Shown: in pieces, positions 45,671 through 64,000 of the stretch
How positions within the stretch are numbered: position 1 is the stretch's first letter
How the letters are laid out: the number at the start of each line of letters is the position of its first letter
Assembly: GCF_009914755.1 (NCBI RefSeq)
Contig: NC_060928.1
DNA: 64,000 nt
Direction: 5' to 3' (one strand)
From: the human T2T-CHM13v2.0 reference genome, Homo sapiens
Program-made: the position numbers and the translations under genes
Notes under the pieces: generated by a model
The model's input: only the letters and a program-made list of their open reading frames with translations
Databases searched by the model: none
Told to the model about the DNA's origin: nothing

Positions 45671-45940
45671 TGGAGCATTGGTATATAAAAGCTGCCTAGG
45701 TAACTCTAACCTTTGGCCCCATACATCTGAAGGATACCTACAATGCACCTGAAAAATGCAACTGAAACAGTAGTTCCCTGGGACCACACACTCAGAAAGG
45801 GGGTGTATCAGGAGATCTAGGGACCAGGAGGGTGGAAGACCTAAGGCAGCACTACAGATGATGGAGAAAAACCCACTGGGGAGGGGCGATCCTAACCTTG
45901 AGAATCACTGAGATCATGCAGAAGTATTTGATCCTACAGC

Positions 45941-46662
<722 letters not shown>

Positions 46663-48091
46663 ACCCCTTACTAATTTTTAGTAACGTCCAAGGATTAAAG
46701 GAAATTTGCCTTACCTATTTAACAGGAATCAACAGGGTTAATCTCACTCCCTTTCTAAAAATAATTTATAAACATTGCAGACAATCTCATCTATCCCTGT
46801 CTAAACTGTGTGGAATTACTGCCATTTAATGTAATCAGTCTACTCATTTAGTTTGCCTAAGGAATTTTTGAAAAAACAGTTAAATGAATGACTTAATGGA
46901 ATAACCAGGAAGTTGAAGTCTCCAATAGTAAGAATGAACTCTTGCTCTCTGGATAATCAAATGGGTCCTTCCTCCTTCAGGTAGATCATGCCATTTCCTC
47001 ACTTACACTGAACAGGTAAACAACATAATTACTGACTTCAACTTCTAGTTAATTCCTTCTTTTATCACTGAGTATCCTTTGGCTGGGAGTTTTGTTGGCT
47101 ATGCTGCCATTTTTTCTAGTTATCACAGTCCTATAACATACCAATCCTTCAATATAACTCATCTTTAAATTGTGGTTTTACCTTCTCAAGAAGTTATTAA
47201 TTATGCCAGTGCTAAATCTTCTAAAATGATTGTTGACTTGTTGATTAGCCCCCATGCAATTCCCCTCTCCCGTCCCTCAGCACGTAAGGAATGGCCCTTT
47301 GCTTACTTCCACAGATCCTTAAATCTACCAGTTAGAAGCTAATAGCCTACCTCTCTACCAGGAAGGAACTGTGGGCTGGAACATAATACATGTTGACTTA
47401 TAATTTCTTAGAAAATTGTGTGAGAAACATCAAACTCCTGATTCCAGGATATGCCAAAGACACATCATTAAAAAGCAAAACAAAACAAAACAAACCTCAT
47501 TTGACATTGCTAGTAGTGGCATATTTCATCAAGATCAGCTCAAATAAATAGAAGTGAGATTTTCACACAAATTAGACTGTAGTGCTTTTTTTTTTAACTT
47601 ATCTTTACCATACGATTTTTAACGGTAAAAAAAATCGTTTGAGATATTAGATGTATAATATTTATCATCCAATTACTTCATTAGTTCAATCTTTTTTCAA
47701 TGGCGCTCCTGCATCTGAGAATAAGGTCAGAAAATTTCATGTTCTGATTTCATGCTGATTTTCAGAAGAAAAATGTTAGTTTTGTATAGAATAACCCATC
47801 CTAAGAAATACATTTCTTATTATATTTCTTATCTTATATTTCTTAGGACAATGAGCTATTCAAAGGGTGATGATAACCAGCACCATCAGTCAGCATTATC
47901 TAAGAATAAGAATCTGTGTTTCTACATACAGACCTCCTAAAAAGGAACCTACACTTAACAGGATTCCCCAGGCAATTTGGATGCACATTAAAGCTTGAGC
48001 AACACTGCATTAGAAAGTTAGTTTTCCATCACAAAAACAGTAACAAAAGGAATATAAAGTAAGTTACTTTAATAATATAAGAAGAGGGGCA

Positions 48092-48392
<301 letters not shown>

Positions 48393-48934
48393 GATGAGGG
48401 GTCTTGAGAAAAATAAAAGCCAGGGAATTGACATAGTAATTTCATTGCAAAAATACCAAATCTGTCATACAGGGGCATTCTCTTTGACCCACTAGCTAGA
48501 TACTAGTGTTATTCAGTCTGTTAGTTTCCATTACCTCTGAAATAATCCACAAAACTAGGCAGTTACCTGCATTTGGATTCCATTCCAATCAAGAATCCTT
48601 ATCTTGGTACTTTTACAAGAAATGGAGAGCCATAGGGAGTAGCTATGAATATTTTAGAACCTGGAAAGGCTATCTTCCACTATAAATCGATAAATGACCC
48701 CATGCTTACAGTATATTCACATAATGTAATACTATGCTGGCATTAAAATCATATTTGCTTAGCTCCTTTTTTCATTTTTTGATGATGAATATAAACATTT
48801 TATATAAATAATTTTTCCCTAACAGAATGTGAATAGTCATTAGTAAGCTGATGAGCCCATCAGAGTACAGATGACTCCTGAGGTCCTACCTCAGTTGTCA
48901 ATTGCAGCACTACTCTTTCCAACTTTACACTGGT

Positions 48935-49215
48935 ACCTAACCTGCAGAAATGATCTGACAGATGGCATCATAAGCCATAATGGATGCAGTTAGTGTCTCC
49001 TCCTTGGGTGCTATACAGGAGTGACCATCACCAATAAAAATACAATTTGTAAGCAACTCTTTAAACAGACTCTCCTTGCTTTGAAGAACTGAAATAATTC
49101 TGAATGGAACAGCTGTAATCACTGTGAAGAGGATGTTTGCCAAGAAATAAGTTGTTAAGATGGAAATTCCAGCACTTCAAAAGATGGAATTTTAGCTGTC
49201 AGAATCCATCCACTG
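48935..49215 (-). pseudogene. Possible highly decayed olfactory-receptor (class A GPCR) remnant, TM1-TM3
   Basis: Minus-strand motifs in OR order: ..FHLN.., YFLANILF, AVP, TGCTTACAAATTGTATTTT (C-L-T-Q-L-Y-F-like with indels), MAYD-AIC. Judged by eye only. Confidence 0.35.
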
Positions 49216-49889
49216 TTGAAACCTTTCTCTTCTATTGTAGTCAATCACCTCTCTTTTTCTGGTCTGATTTGTACTCTCCTTTTTGGCTTAAGCTCACAGA
49301 AGCATGTTAACATCCTCATCAGAGTCTGATAAGGCTGGTATCCAGCAGGATACAATATAAGAGCACACAGACCAGCTGGAGGAGGAATTCAGGTTGGCTC
49401 AAGGTGGAAAGGGATGGTCTGATCAGAGGAGCAGACAAGGCAAACAGAAGTATAGGGCAGAGAGAGAGAGAGAGTGAGAAAGAAGCTGTGCAAGGTGACT
49501 GGAACCAGTAAGGGTGGACAGACAACCCAGCCCCTAGCTAACAGGGCTGGCAGGAATGAAGAAGGAAAACAAACCCTAGCCAGCCTTCTGGAGCCAGGGT
49601 TATGCACTGTTTCCCAGCCACTCTTCCCCAACCCCCACTCCATAAGGTAAGAAACACAAATATACATGATATCCAGGCAGAAGGGATCCTGCCCAGCAGC
49701 CCCCTACTCCGGAAATTACCTGGAAGCTACATCACAAAGGCCATTCCCAAACTGAGCAGTTCCCATAGTAAAGGCTTCAGATGTTCTACCAAAGAGGCGA
49801 ACTGTCTATCCACAACTATGTGATAAAGCAGTACAAAGATGAAACAGAAAAAGACAATTACTACAGACAGAATGAAGCATGAAGAATAG

Positions 49890-50000
49890 AACAGATGTGG
49901 GTTTGAATTCTACCTGGACCACTTTTCAGCTCTATGACCTTGCAGGGTTTGCCTGTTTTCCTCATCTGTAAAGTGGAGATAATACCTCACTCCTTCCTTA
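49890..50000 (+). mobile_element. MIR
   Basis: gggtttgaattc...tgaccttg...ttttcctcatctgtaaagtggagataatacc. Confidence 0.75.
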
Positions 50001-50677
50001 GTCAGAGACTGTTTAAAAAAAAAACACAAAACAAAGAAACCACCGATAACAAAATATGTCACTCCTAGAAATATTGTGATGTTAAGAAATAATGAAGAAA
50101 AGAGTGCCAAACAAAAGGCTTGGCAAATGCATCAAATTTCCTTGCATGGTTTGTTAAAACATTTTTAAGTAGCTGCTCTTTTCCTGTTAAAGAATCTTCC
50201 TAAGACTATAATTAATACCATCAAAATGACCATACTGCCCAAAGCAATCTATAGCTTCAACACAATCCCTATTAAAATATCAACATCATTTTTCACAAAA
50301 TTGGAAAAAAACTATTCTAAAGTTCATATGGAACCAAAAAAGAATCCAAATAGCTAAAGCAATAGCAGCAAAAAGAACAAAGCTGGAGCATTTCCTTACT
50401 GCAAATTACACTACAGGGCTATAGTAATCAAAACAGCATGGTACTGCTGTTAAAAACAGACACATTGATCAATGGACAGAATAGAGAACCCAGAAAGCCA
50501 CATACTTACAGCCAACTGATTTTTGGCAAAGTCAACAAGAACATACACTGAGGAAAGGATAATCTTCAATAAATGGTGCTGGGAAAATTGGACTGTGAAA
50601 CTGGACTCCTATGTACAAAAATTTTGGACACCATGTACAAAAATTACTTGGAAATGGATTTAAGAGCTGAAGTAAAA

Positions 50678-51616
<939 letters not shown>

Positions 51617-51904
51617 GGAAGACCTGAAACTATGAAAATACTAGAAGAAAACCTAGAGAAAACTCTTCTTCTAGATACTGGTCTAGGCAAAGAATTCTTG
51701 ACTAAGATCTCAAAGCACAGGCAACAAAAACAAATATAGACAAATGGGACTAAACTAAAAAGCTTCTGCACAGCAAGAGAAATAATTAACAGAGTGAACA
51801 GACAGCCTTTGGAATGGGAGAAAATATTTGCAAATGATACAGCCTGCAGGGAACTAACATCCAGAATTTACAAGGAACTCAAACAACTTAACCAAAAACC
51901 CTCA

Positions 51905-52442
<538 letters not shown>

Positions 52443-52632
52443 GCCAAATAATCATCCCATTAACAAGTGGGTTTAGGGTAGGAACAGACATTTTTCAAAA
52501 GACAAACAAATAGCCAAGAAGCATATGAAAAAATGTTCAAAATCACTAGTCATCAGAAAAATTCAAATTAAAACCACAGTGAAACATCATCTTATACCAA
52601 TCAGAATGGCTATTATTAAAGGACAAAAAATA

Positions 52633-53108
52633 CATGTACAACATGGATGGAACTGGAGGTCATTATGCTAAGTGAAATAAGCCAGGCACAGAAAGACAAA
52701 CGCTGCATCTTCTCTGTTCCCACTTATTTGTACAATCTAAACAGTTGAACTCATGGAGATAGAGAGTAGAAAGATGGTTACCAGAGGCCCAGAAGGGGGT
52801 TGTGCGGGGGAGGGGGGGAGGTAGGAATGGTTAATGGGCACATACGTAAAAAAATAGAAGGAATGAATAAGACCTAGTATTTGATAGCACAACAGGGTAA
52901 GCATAGTCAATAATTTAATTTTACATTGAAAAATAACTAAGAGTATAATTGGACTGTTTGTAACACAAAGGATAAATGCTTGAGGGGATGGATACACCAT
53001 TTTCCATGAAGTGATTATTATACACTGCATGCCTGTATCAAAACATCTCATGTACCCCATAAATATATACTTACTGTGTACCCACAAAAATTTAAAATAA
53101 TTTTTTTA
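52633..53108 (+). mobile_element. L1MA1/2-type 3' end nested in the L1PB
   Basis: Distinct L1MA 3'UTR (gaatgaataagacctagtatttgatagcacaacaggg...gtacccacaaaaattt); TSD aaaggacaaaaaa on both sides. Confidence 0.85.
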
Positions 53109-53126
53109 AAAAGGACAAAAAAATAA

Positions 53127-53566
<440 letters not shown>

Positions 53567-54373
53567 TGATCCAGCAATCCCACTGCTGGGTATACACCCA
53601 AAGGAAATGAAATCATTATATCAAAAAGATACCTGCCCTTTTATGTTTATCACAGCTCTGTTCACAATATCAAACATATGGAATCGACTTAAGTGTCCAT
53701 CAGTGGAGGACCGAATAAAGAAAATGTGTTATGTGTACACAATGAATACTACTCAGTCATAAAAAGATTGAGATCATGTCTTTTTCAGCAACATGTATAG
53801 AACCGGAGGCCATTATCTTAAGTGAAACAATTCAGACACAGACAAATACCACATGTTCTCACAAGTGGAAGCTAAATAATTTGTACAGAAGAAGCAGAGT
53901 GTGAAATGATGGACAATGAAGACTTGGAGGCATGGGGTGATAGATGATGGCAGGTTGCTTGGTGGGTACGAAGTGTGTTGCTCCACTGATGGATGCAATG
54001 AAGGCCTGACTTCACCACAATGCAGTATATTCATGTGACAAAACTGCACTTGTACTCCATGAGTATAAATATATATCTCTTCCTAATACTGGTATTTATC
54101 TGCCTACATAGAAAAATCTCCACTTAGAAAAGACCAACATAGAAAAACATGTTGTAAGCACCCCAAAAATAATTAATAAATGTATTCATTTTCAAAGACT
54201 GTATCCTATAGATTTTTGAGAGCGTAAATAAATGCCTTCTTAAATCTTGAATTTTTCTTCCCCTTAAAACAAGTACATCATGTAGTGAGAGTGAACAGTT
54301 ATGTGTTTCAGATTTGAAAAGTAGAAATTTGAATGGAAACTGTTTCTTTTTTTTTCTGCATTTACTTCATGCA

Positions 54374-54522
54374 TTTTATTTTTAGTTTTAGTTTTAGTTT
54401 TTCATAGAGACACCGTCTCACTATGTGGCCCAGGCTGGTCCTGAACTCCTGAACTCAAGCAATCCTTCTGCTTCGGCCTCCCAAAGTGCTGGAATTACAG
54501 GTGTGAGCCACCGTGTTCAGTC
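54374..54522 (-). mobile_element. FLAM_C
   Basis: Reverse monomer; TSD tacttcatg(c/t)atttt. Confidence 0.88.
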
Positions 54523-55070
54523 TACTTCATGTATTTTCAAAATAATCCTGAAAATGCATTCAGTAAAACCCCTCCACAAATTCATTATACTCAAATTCAT
54601 AAGACATTCTCCTTGCCTAAACTGTCAGACTTAAACAGACAGGCGACAAGAAATAAACTCACAAGTTTTGGATTCTTTGCTTACAGATTGATCTAGATGT
54701 GTTTGAAATAGTTCTCAATCTAATAAATACCCAAACATACTGGCAATTTCCATATTATTGTATGTTACTACAATTTTTTCTGGCAAAAGGGAATCTCAAA
54801 CTCATTATCTGTCAATGGCTAATTTCTGAAACAGATGATTTCTCAGCAATTAGGGAATGTTAAGCAAAATATTGTCAAAAATACTCCATTTTTATTTTTA
54901 AAACTAAAAATGCTTAAAATTCTAAGAGCAGAATAATTAAAACATTATTCTTGACATTATTTAAATGACTTTAGATACTCTTGCATTGTATGATCCTTTC
55001 ATTTCCAAGCTTTAATTTTATTACTTAGTGATAATAGATATTCATATTTTAAAATAAAAATACAGTTTTA

Positions 55071-55409
<339 letters not shown>

Positions 55410-55467
55410 TCAGCACCTTTTAATTGCATAAATTCTACATGACTAAAGATTTCAATATTTTTTAATA

Positions 55468-55822
55468 CAGGTTGAGTATCTTTTATCCAAAATGCTTGGG
55501 ACCAACCAGAAGTGTTTCAGATTTCAGATTTTTTTTTTTTTGGATTTTGGAATATTTATATATACATAATGAGATATCTTAGGGATGAGACCCAAGTCTA
55601 AACACAAAATTGATTGTTTCATATACACCTTATAAACATAGCCTAAAGGTAATTTTATATAATAATTTTAATAATTTTATGCATTAAACAAAGTTTTGTC
55701 TGGACCTACAACTTGAGGTCTGGTGTGGAATTTTCCACTTTTGGTGTCATGTTAGCACTCAAAAAGTTTCGGAGTTGAAGCATTTCTGATTTCAGATTTT
55801 CAGATTAGGGATGTTCAATTTG
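55468..55822. mobile_element. Tigger4b/MER46-type TcMar DNA transposon
   Basis: TIRs caggttgagtatc...gatgttcaatttg with TA duplicated on both sides. Confidence 0.88.
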
Positions 55823-56029
55823 TACCATTGTTATATTAATGAGTTGCCAATAAGATCAGTATTTGGGTTTGACCTATGGGATAGATGCTTGGGTGTGTCA
55901 GAAGACTTCTATATATGTAATTATTTACCAAAAGGCCAATAATGATGTTGAGATTTGACATGCCTGCCCATTAAGAGACAGCATTTGTGGGCCATAAAGA
56001 AGTCTAAAAGGCAATCTTGTATCATAAAT

Positions 56030-56230
56030 AAGAGATGGACTTTTGAATGAGAGATCCTAGACTTAACACCTGCTTCTCCCACTTACTAGCTGTACAATGT
56101 TTGGTGAATTACTTAATCTCTTGGTTTCTGAGTTTCCTCATCAGTAAAAAGGAGATTTTAAAAGTCCGTTGTTGCCTAGGACTGCTGTGAAGATTAACTT
56201 AGATAATGGATTGTACAGGGTACATTTAAT
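56030..56230 (+). mobile_element. MIR
   Basis: ccacttactagctgt...ttacttaatctct...gagtttcctcatcagtaaaa. Confidence 0.8.
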
Positions 56231-56867
56231 CATCAGTCAGTGAATATTAATATTACACAAGTTATAGCATTCAACAACTAAAAAGTCCTTATCTGAAAAT
56301 ATTGGCATCTCTAAGTTCTAAACTGGGTAGAAATCCTAGATGTAAAATAAAAGGGAGTTTAATACAGAGTAACAGTAAGATAAATATTCATGAGAAGATT
56401 CATTCTAAATAGCTGACTGCTATTGATTTGGCTCTTGGCCCTCCCATATGCCCCCCCAAAATATCTTTAAAACTTAATATTGGTTGGGTTACCCTATAAT
56501 AAAGTTTCCTTAAAGACTATCAAGAGGGCATACCTTATGTCATATCAAGTCCTATTATGGACACTTCTCTTTGCAGAGAATTAACTAAATACACGATCAG
56601 AGACAAAATGATTGAGGAAAAAACCCATCTATCACGGTAGAGTCTCCTGTATTATTTCCTGGCATTATATATATAGCTGCTATTGTCATCCTATTAGAAT
56701 TATAAAACCTTTACTTTCCCAAATCTTACCTCTCTGACACCCAGCTCAGGATCACCTTTGTTTTAAAAAGAACAAAGGGTTCTCTCAGTCACTGAATGAG
56801 AATTTATTCCGTGAAAATACAGATAGTGCCACGCCCGGCCTTTCTGCCAGGCAGTGATGCCTGATAC

Positions 56868-57045
56868 CAGAGCTTCTCACACTGTGGATATATTTGAACA
56901 TATGAAACACCTGGGAATCTTGTTGAAATGCACATTCTGATTCAGTGGGTCTGGGGTGGGGCCTGCCTGAGATTCTGCATCTCTGGCAAGCTCTGCAGTG
57001 ATGCTGCTGGTTCACATACACGGATCACACGTAGAAGTAGTGAGG
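56868..57045. mobile_element. MER5A (hAT-Charlie)
   Basis: cacctgggaatcttgttgaaatgcacattctgattcagtgggtctggggtggggcctg...attctgcat. Confidence 0.85.
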
Positions 57046-58381
57046 ATTGTGACAACCAGGTCGCTATATATAGTGTATGTGAGTGTGTGCGTACACATGC
57101 ACTTATGTTAGAAGGCTAAAAATATTTCAGAAAATTTTAGAAGGGGAAAGCATTTTACTGCACTGTCCTAGAAACCTTATTTCAAAATGAACATTTCATT
57201 CTTTCAAAATTTGCTTTTTCAAATTAGCAAAGACAATCCTTCGTCTCTCAAAAGGAGGATGCCAAACCTATGTGACCCCTCCGTGAGTATAAACACTGGT
57301 CTATTGAAGAGCAGGAATGACACAGTAGTTGACGAACCACTTCTTTTTGATGTGCCTTTGGGTATGGTTTTGAAAATAAGAAATTCACATTTTAATGATG
57401 ATCAGGCAGCACAACCTGTGTCAGCTTGTAAGTAGGAAACCAGAACCCTGACAGAGATGAAGAAACAATTATAACCAAAATGTACATTATGAAAACTTTC
57501 TGGTATCACTGTTAAGATTTAATAATAATAGTGAAAAGGGAATTATAATTACAGTAAAATTGTGGTACACATACCATTCTGCAGAAAGTAGGTAGCTTCC
57601 ATAACTTATGAGACCTTATACATAATTTAATTTTTTGCTCAAAATATTAATCTTCAAAATACAATGACAGCAATTACTACCTACTTATCTCTTTTGAGTG
57701 ATTTAAACTTTAATAGTGTGATAATTTAAATGCTACTTATAGATGGTGGGCTAAAACTTAATTGATAATTAATAGTGGAGGATTAAAAATTGCCACAGTT
57801 ACAGATGATGAGAAATGTACTTATTGACATAAAATCCAACAAGGGTGATCAGCTGAAAATGCCATGTAAAAAAAATTATAGCCAATAAATGCTCCTTTCA
57901 GATTCATAAGCTGTTGACACATTTTACCCTTTATGTAAATCCCATTCTTAAAACAGTTTTCTTCTTGGCACCCTGAAATTGAAGCTTTTGAAACCTTATG
58001 CTCCAACATATATAGAGAAATGAAAAACTGTTATAATTTTTAAAATTTTAAGAGCGGTTTTGCAGATTTAAACTAACAGATCTTCATTTAAAGTAGGATC
58101 CACAGAGCTCTCCAGTGTCATTCCTGAAATAACTAGAAGTGGAATAATGGGCTATTTCTTACTTTGTAGTTTCTAATGCAATGTAAGCAGCTTTACAAGG
58201 CTTAGCTGTCCCCACTGCCCTAACAGCATTCTTTACTTCATTTGCAAGGAAACAGGAAGTTTTTTTCTCCCCAATTTTATACCAAGGCACAGACTTTGTC
58301 TATTAAAATTACCAATTCCACTTTTATTTAGTAAAATTAAGAAATTTTAAAAGTACCAGGCTTTTTGTCCATCAATATTAA

Positions 58382-58911
<530 letters not shown>

Positions 58912-60084
58912 GTGATATTAATTTCTTGATGTGAACATGTGATTGCCTCTCAGCAAAGTTATTTTTTGAGCTATTTCTGTCATCAGACCCAAACCGAATT
59001 TCTTACCAGCTGCTAACTTTTCTCTTACACCATCCCCACTGAGTTGAGAAGATGGCTTGGTGCTACATGAAAGGGAAGTGGCAGTGTAACCACCAAAACA
59101 GATAATCACAGGCTATAATGTCACACTAACTATGGATCCTATCTCTTATTTGTAATTAACTTGGAGAAGAAATGCTAGGTCAAAAATGTGCTAGAGGTCA
59201 AAACAGGGACTTTCCACAAAGAGAGATCTGAGTCCAACTTTTACTTTTTTGACAGTTATCAATCCTGTGACTGATTCTTGCAGCATTATTTGAGAATTAA
59301 ATGAGCAATATATTTTAAGCACGTTAGGCACTTAATATATGCTTGCTACAATATATTGTACTATACAATCTACATAGCATATACTGCTATTATATACTAA
59401 TATATAATTGCCCAATAAATATTTAGCAAATTTGGGGCATAACTAGTAATATATTTTTTAAACTTCTATGAACATTTAATTTTGAAGTACCTATTGACCA
59501 CACTCACATAGACCAAAACTTTTACTTCTTAAAAGTTTTTCAATTATAAATTATTATGATTGTTTTTTAAGAATCAAATCATAATGGTCATGGCTTTAAA
59601 AATCTTCCTACATTTGGTCACATACTATTTATTACATATTATATAGTTATAGTTATACTAATACAGAAGGGATAGCCCTAGAGACTGAGAGCATAGGAAA
59701 CTCCTAATCTATAGCAAAAAAAATTATTATTTACAATAGTCAGAAAAAAATAATTTTTCAATCTATCAAAGATACTTAAATAGGTTGTATTACAAATTGA
59801 ATATTTTACAAAATCAAAGTTTAACAATTTGTATCACAAATATCAGAATTTATCTATGCGATTGAGCTTTTTTGGAACACTTATTTTTCCTCTAACACAA
59901 TGCCATTCTTTCCAGACAGTAAGAGTCCCAAGTCGTCCTGGTTCATATATCCATATCTAGACCCCGAGACAGTTCAATATGCATGATACAATGGCTACAT
60001 ATTGCAGGTACATTTAAAATAATCAGAATTGCTAGAGAGCTTGGGGGCAGATCAACAACCTCCTCGTATCTAACATCTTCCTAA

Positions 60085-60232
60085 ACCACAGGTTCTCATC
60101 ACATCTCCTGGAGAGATTTATTAACCTCCCACCCCCACTTCCACAGATGTCAAGGCCTCAGCACTGGTGATTATAAAAGGTTCCCAGACAATTACAACAC
60201 GGGAAGCACAGCTCATGTTGAGAACCACTGCC
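60085..60232. mobile_element. MER5-type fragment
   Basis: caggttctca...ttgagaaccactg terminal repeats. Confidence 0.6.
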
Positions 60233-60720
60233 CTGAATAATGAGCGTTGCTACAAGGCAGTATAGGAATAATAAAGCACACAGGCATTTGAAAAAGACAT
60301 TTTGCAAACTTCTCTTAGGAATAGTGCCTTAGTGGGCACATATCCAAATATGCCTGCTTTCCTTTCTTTAAATACCTATTCAAGAGACAAATAAAGGAAT
60401 AGAAAATAAGAAGGGGAAGACAAGAAAACTGGAGGCTGCACCAGAGCCACCTTGAAAATGTAAAGGATTGGTGGTTGTTACAGAGCCTGCCACATTTAGT
60501 AGAATCTTAATATTCAGGAAGTTAAAATGTTTTCTGGAGTGAGAAGCTGTGTCAGGAAAAGAGGATTAGGTAACAAGTGACCTAGAATTAGGATGTGATT
60601 CTCCCTGAAGGATTGCTGCAGAGGAGATAATGAAAGGTAAGGGCTTTTCCAAGACATTTCCACATTGGACTGACCTCCATCTAAAATCTTACTAAATATT
60701 AACACAAATAAAAGGGTTCT

Positions 60721-61012
60721 GGCTGGGCACAGTGGCTCATGCCTATAATCCCAGCAGAAGTCAAGGGTGGAGGATCACTTGAGCCTAGGAGTTCGAGACT
60801 AGCCTAGGGAACCTAGAGAGACCCCGTCTCCACAAAAAATTAAAAAATTAGCCAGGCATGGCACCAAGCATCTGCAGTCTCGACTACTCAGAAGGCTGAG
60901 GTGGGAGGATCACTTGAGCCCAGGAGACTGAGGCTCCAGTGAGCTAGGATTGCACCACTGCACTCCAGCCTGGGCAACAGAGCGAGACCCTGCCTCAAAA
61001 AAACAGAAAAAG
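60721..61012 (+). mobile_element. AluJ
   Basis: Diverged dimer. Confidence 0.92.
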
Positions 61013-61699
61013 AAACGGGCCCATGTAATAAAGCACATGCTTCTTTTTCAGGACAGAAGAGACAAGTGGATTGAATTCATTTCTTTAAGCAGTTAGTTTT
61101 ATACTACCTTAGTAAGTAAAATAGGATTAACGAGTATCTGCCTTGGAACAAAATATATCATAAAACTGAAAAGCATCCACACTGAAAACACAAAATTAGT
61201 CCTCAAAGAAATCTTTCATATGGTAACCAGTAACTGGATATTTGCGGTTAAAAGAAGCCATAACAAGGCTGGTAAAAGATGCAGTTTCCTTAGTCACATA
61301 ATTGATTTGTAACAACTGATAGAAACTGGCTAATCATCATTCTGATTAATCATTTTTGGCAGATTTGAAAAGGAGGATAGTCCAAAAGTAAATGGCCATC
61401 TGGGTCACTGCCCATTTGGGGTTCTTCTAGCAAGGCCAAGAAGAAGGAGGAGGGAAAAGAAAGGCTCAAACATTTTATTCACCCCTAGTGTCAAGTAACC
61501 ACAAACTTCATTTGTTCCCTCTATAATTTATTGCAAAAAGTAGGAGAAACTGAAGCATAATATGAAATTAATTTGGTACATACAATGTGAAGCAAAAATA
61601 GTTATTCTACTTTGAGCTGGTAAAATGCCAAATAATAGTACACAGTAATTAGAGGGAGGGAAAAGAAGTGACTGAATACTCTAAAATATGTCTTGGATA

Positions 61700-62016
<317 letters not shown>

Positions 62017-62844
62017 TTAAGAAAATCATCAACTCAATAAACATTTACTGAGTGCCAACTACCTCAAGGAATTATAGTATCTGCTATGGAAGCTGTAAAG
62101 CTATGTGCCCTCAGGGAACTACACATGTTGAAATAGCCTAAATGGCACTTTGTTAGTCTCATTATATTGACAAGCAAATTATTAAAAGTAGGAAATATAT
62201 ATTCATGAAGAAGTGGACCAGCACTTTGTCTTTGACAGGGCAAATCCTTTTCTAGGTACAAGAAGAATTAACTAAATACATTTAAATAATCATTAAATAT
62301 CCAATTACTTTATATATAAACACAAAGATAAACCAAAGTTCATGGATATAGTACATTGAAACTGTATTTGTCAAGTTAGTTAATTATGCTTTAACACATG
62401 GTTTCAGAAAATCATTATATTATGCTCTTGCCCTTGTTGGCAATTTGACACTTTTAACATGTTATTAACAAAAATCCAAACATACTATACAGCCCTATTC
62501 TGCTTTATATTATGAAAAGTTCATCTTTCCACATCACTACATATTCATCCATCTCCACAGAAATAGATAACTACAGTAAAGAACAACCTAGTGGACCATT
62601 GTGTGCACAGTCTATAATTCAATAAACCCCATTTTGAAGATCACAAACATTTTTAACTAAACATCATGTGCTTTATTTTGTAGCACCTGTGAGATCAACC
62701 TACACATTTCCTCTAATCATACTAGGTTTACTGAGAAGGAACACAACTCTTAGGAAGAAAAACTCCACACTCATTAACATTTTTCTGTATCCCGAGGGCA
62801 CGATCAGTCAAGAACCAGGACAAAATTTAATAACCATTCTCTAA

Positions 62845-63301
<457 letters not shown>

Positions 63302-64000
63302 TAGTCATGACTCACAATATCTGAATCTCAGCTCTTACTTTGCATAGTTGCTTTGCTTTTTATCAATTTTAATCACTTCTAGACTTACATTGTGATTTGC
63401 ATAGATTTTTCTCTCTTTTACCTGTAAAACTGAGACAATAATTATATACCTGACAGCATGAAGATAGTGTCATGCTGGAATATTAGATACTTTATTTAAA
63501 TAAAGATTTTCCTTTATGCATTTAGTCAATACACTTTTATGGAGTGCCTTCCATGTGCCCAGATACCAGGGCAAACCCAGGGGAACAAGACAGACAAAAA
63601 TCTGTCATGGGATTTATAGTACAAGAGAACTATTAGTTAACAATATATGAGAGGACAATGATAATAACTTGATGACAAAAGTTACTTTGCTTAATCATGT
63701 AAAGTAGAAAAAGAAGTTATCTTTCAATTAAATTTGTATGGTTTTAATTTTTTACTATAGAAATAAAGTACACAGTTTTTCTTTTTTTTTTAAAAGTCAA
63801 GTAACACAGGGAGTTGTAAAATAAAAGCCAAGTCTCCTTCTCTTTCCTAATGAACTCTCTTCCACTTCAGATTTTTATGCATATTCACGTATCAATAAAT
63901 GCATATACTTTCTAAAAATCATATTTTAAAAACTATCGTGCATCTTGGTGTTTTTCACTTTACAATGATGTATCTTTGAGATCTTTGCACATTAACACAT

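Noticed and set aside
49300-49760. Purine-rich segment with (GA)n resembling an ancient LTR or promoter
   Set aside because: Could not assign a family or termini by eye.

Overview
Human (hominid) intronic DNA from the ELOVL6 fatty-acid elongase gene, which is transcribed on the minus strand. The only protein-coding sequence I can support is one 132-nt internal exon (9783-9914, encoding (W)[43 protein letters not shown](S)); it lies in a frame the ORF track did not report. The rest is intron containing about 40 Alu/FLAM elements, L1, L2 and MIR fragments, LTRs (THE1A, THE1B, MER41, MLT1), DNA transposons (MER94, MER20, MADE1, Tigger4b, MER5) and a decayed RPL17 processed pseudogene nested inside an L1. 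Most interesting: (1) a young 380-bp templated duplication with a fold-back junction between two head-to-head Alus; (2) a possible highly decayed olfactory-receptor remnant; (3) a 32-nt retro-insertion with a 15-bp TSD inside the RPL17 pseudogene; (4) a PATRR-like AT-rich palindrome; (5) a G-quadruplex tract gained in a THE1A LTR; (6) a stop-free circular ORF if the exon is back-spliced; (7) candidate enhancer motif clusters. I see no convincing new protein-coding system. Gene, repeat-family and subfamily calls come from recalled consensus sequences, not from searches, and repeat boundaries are approximate.
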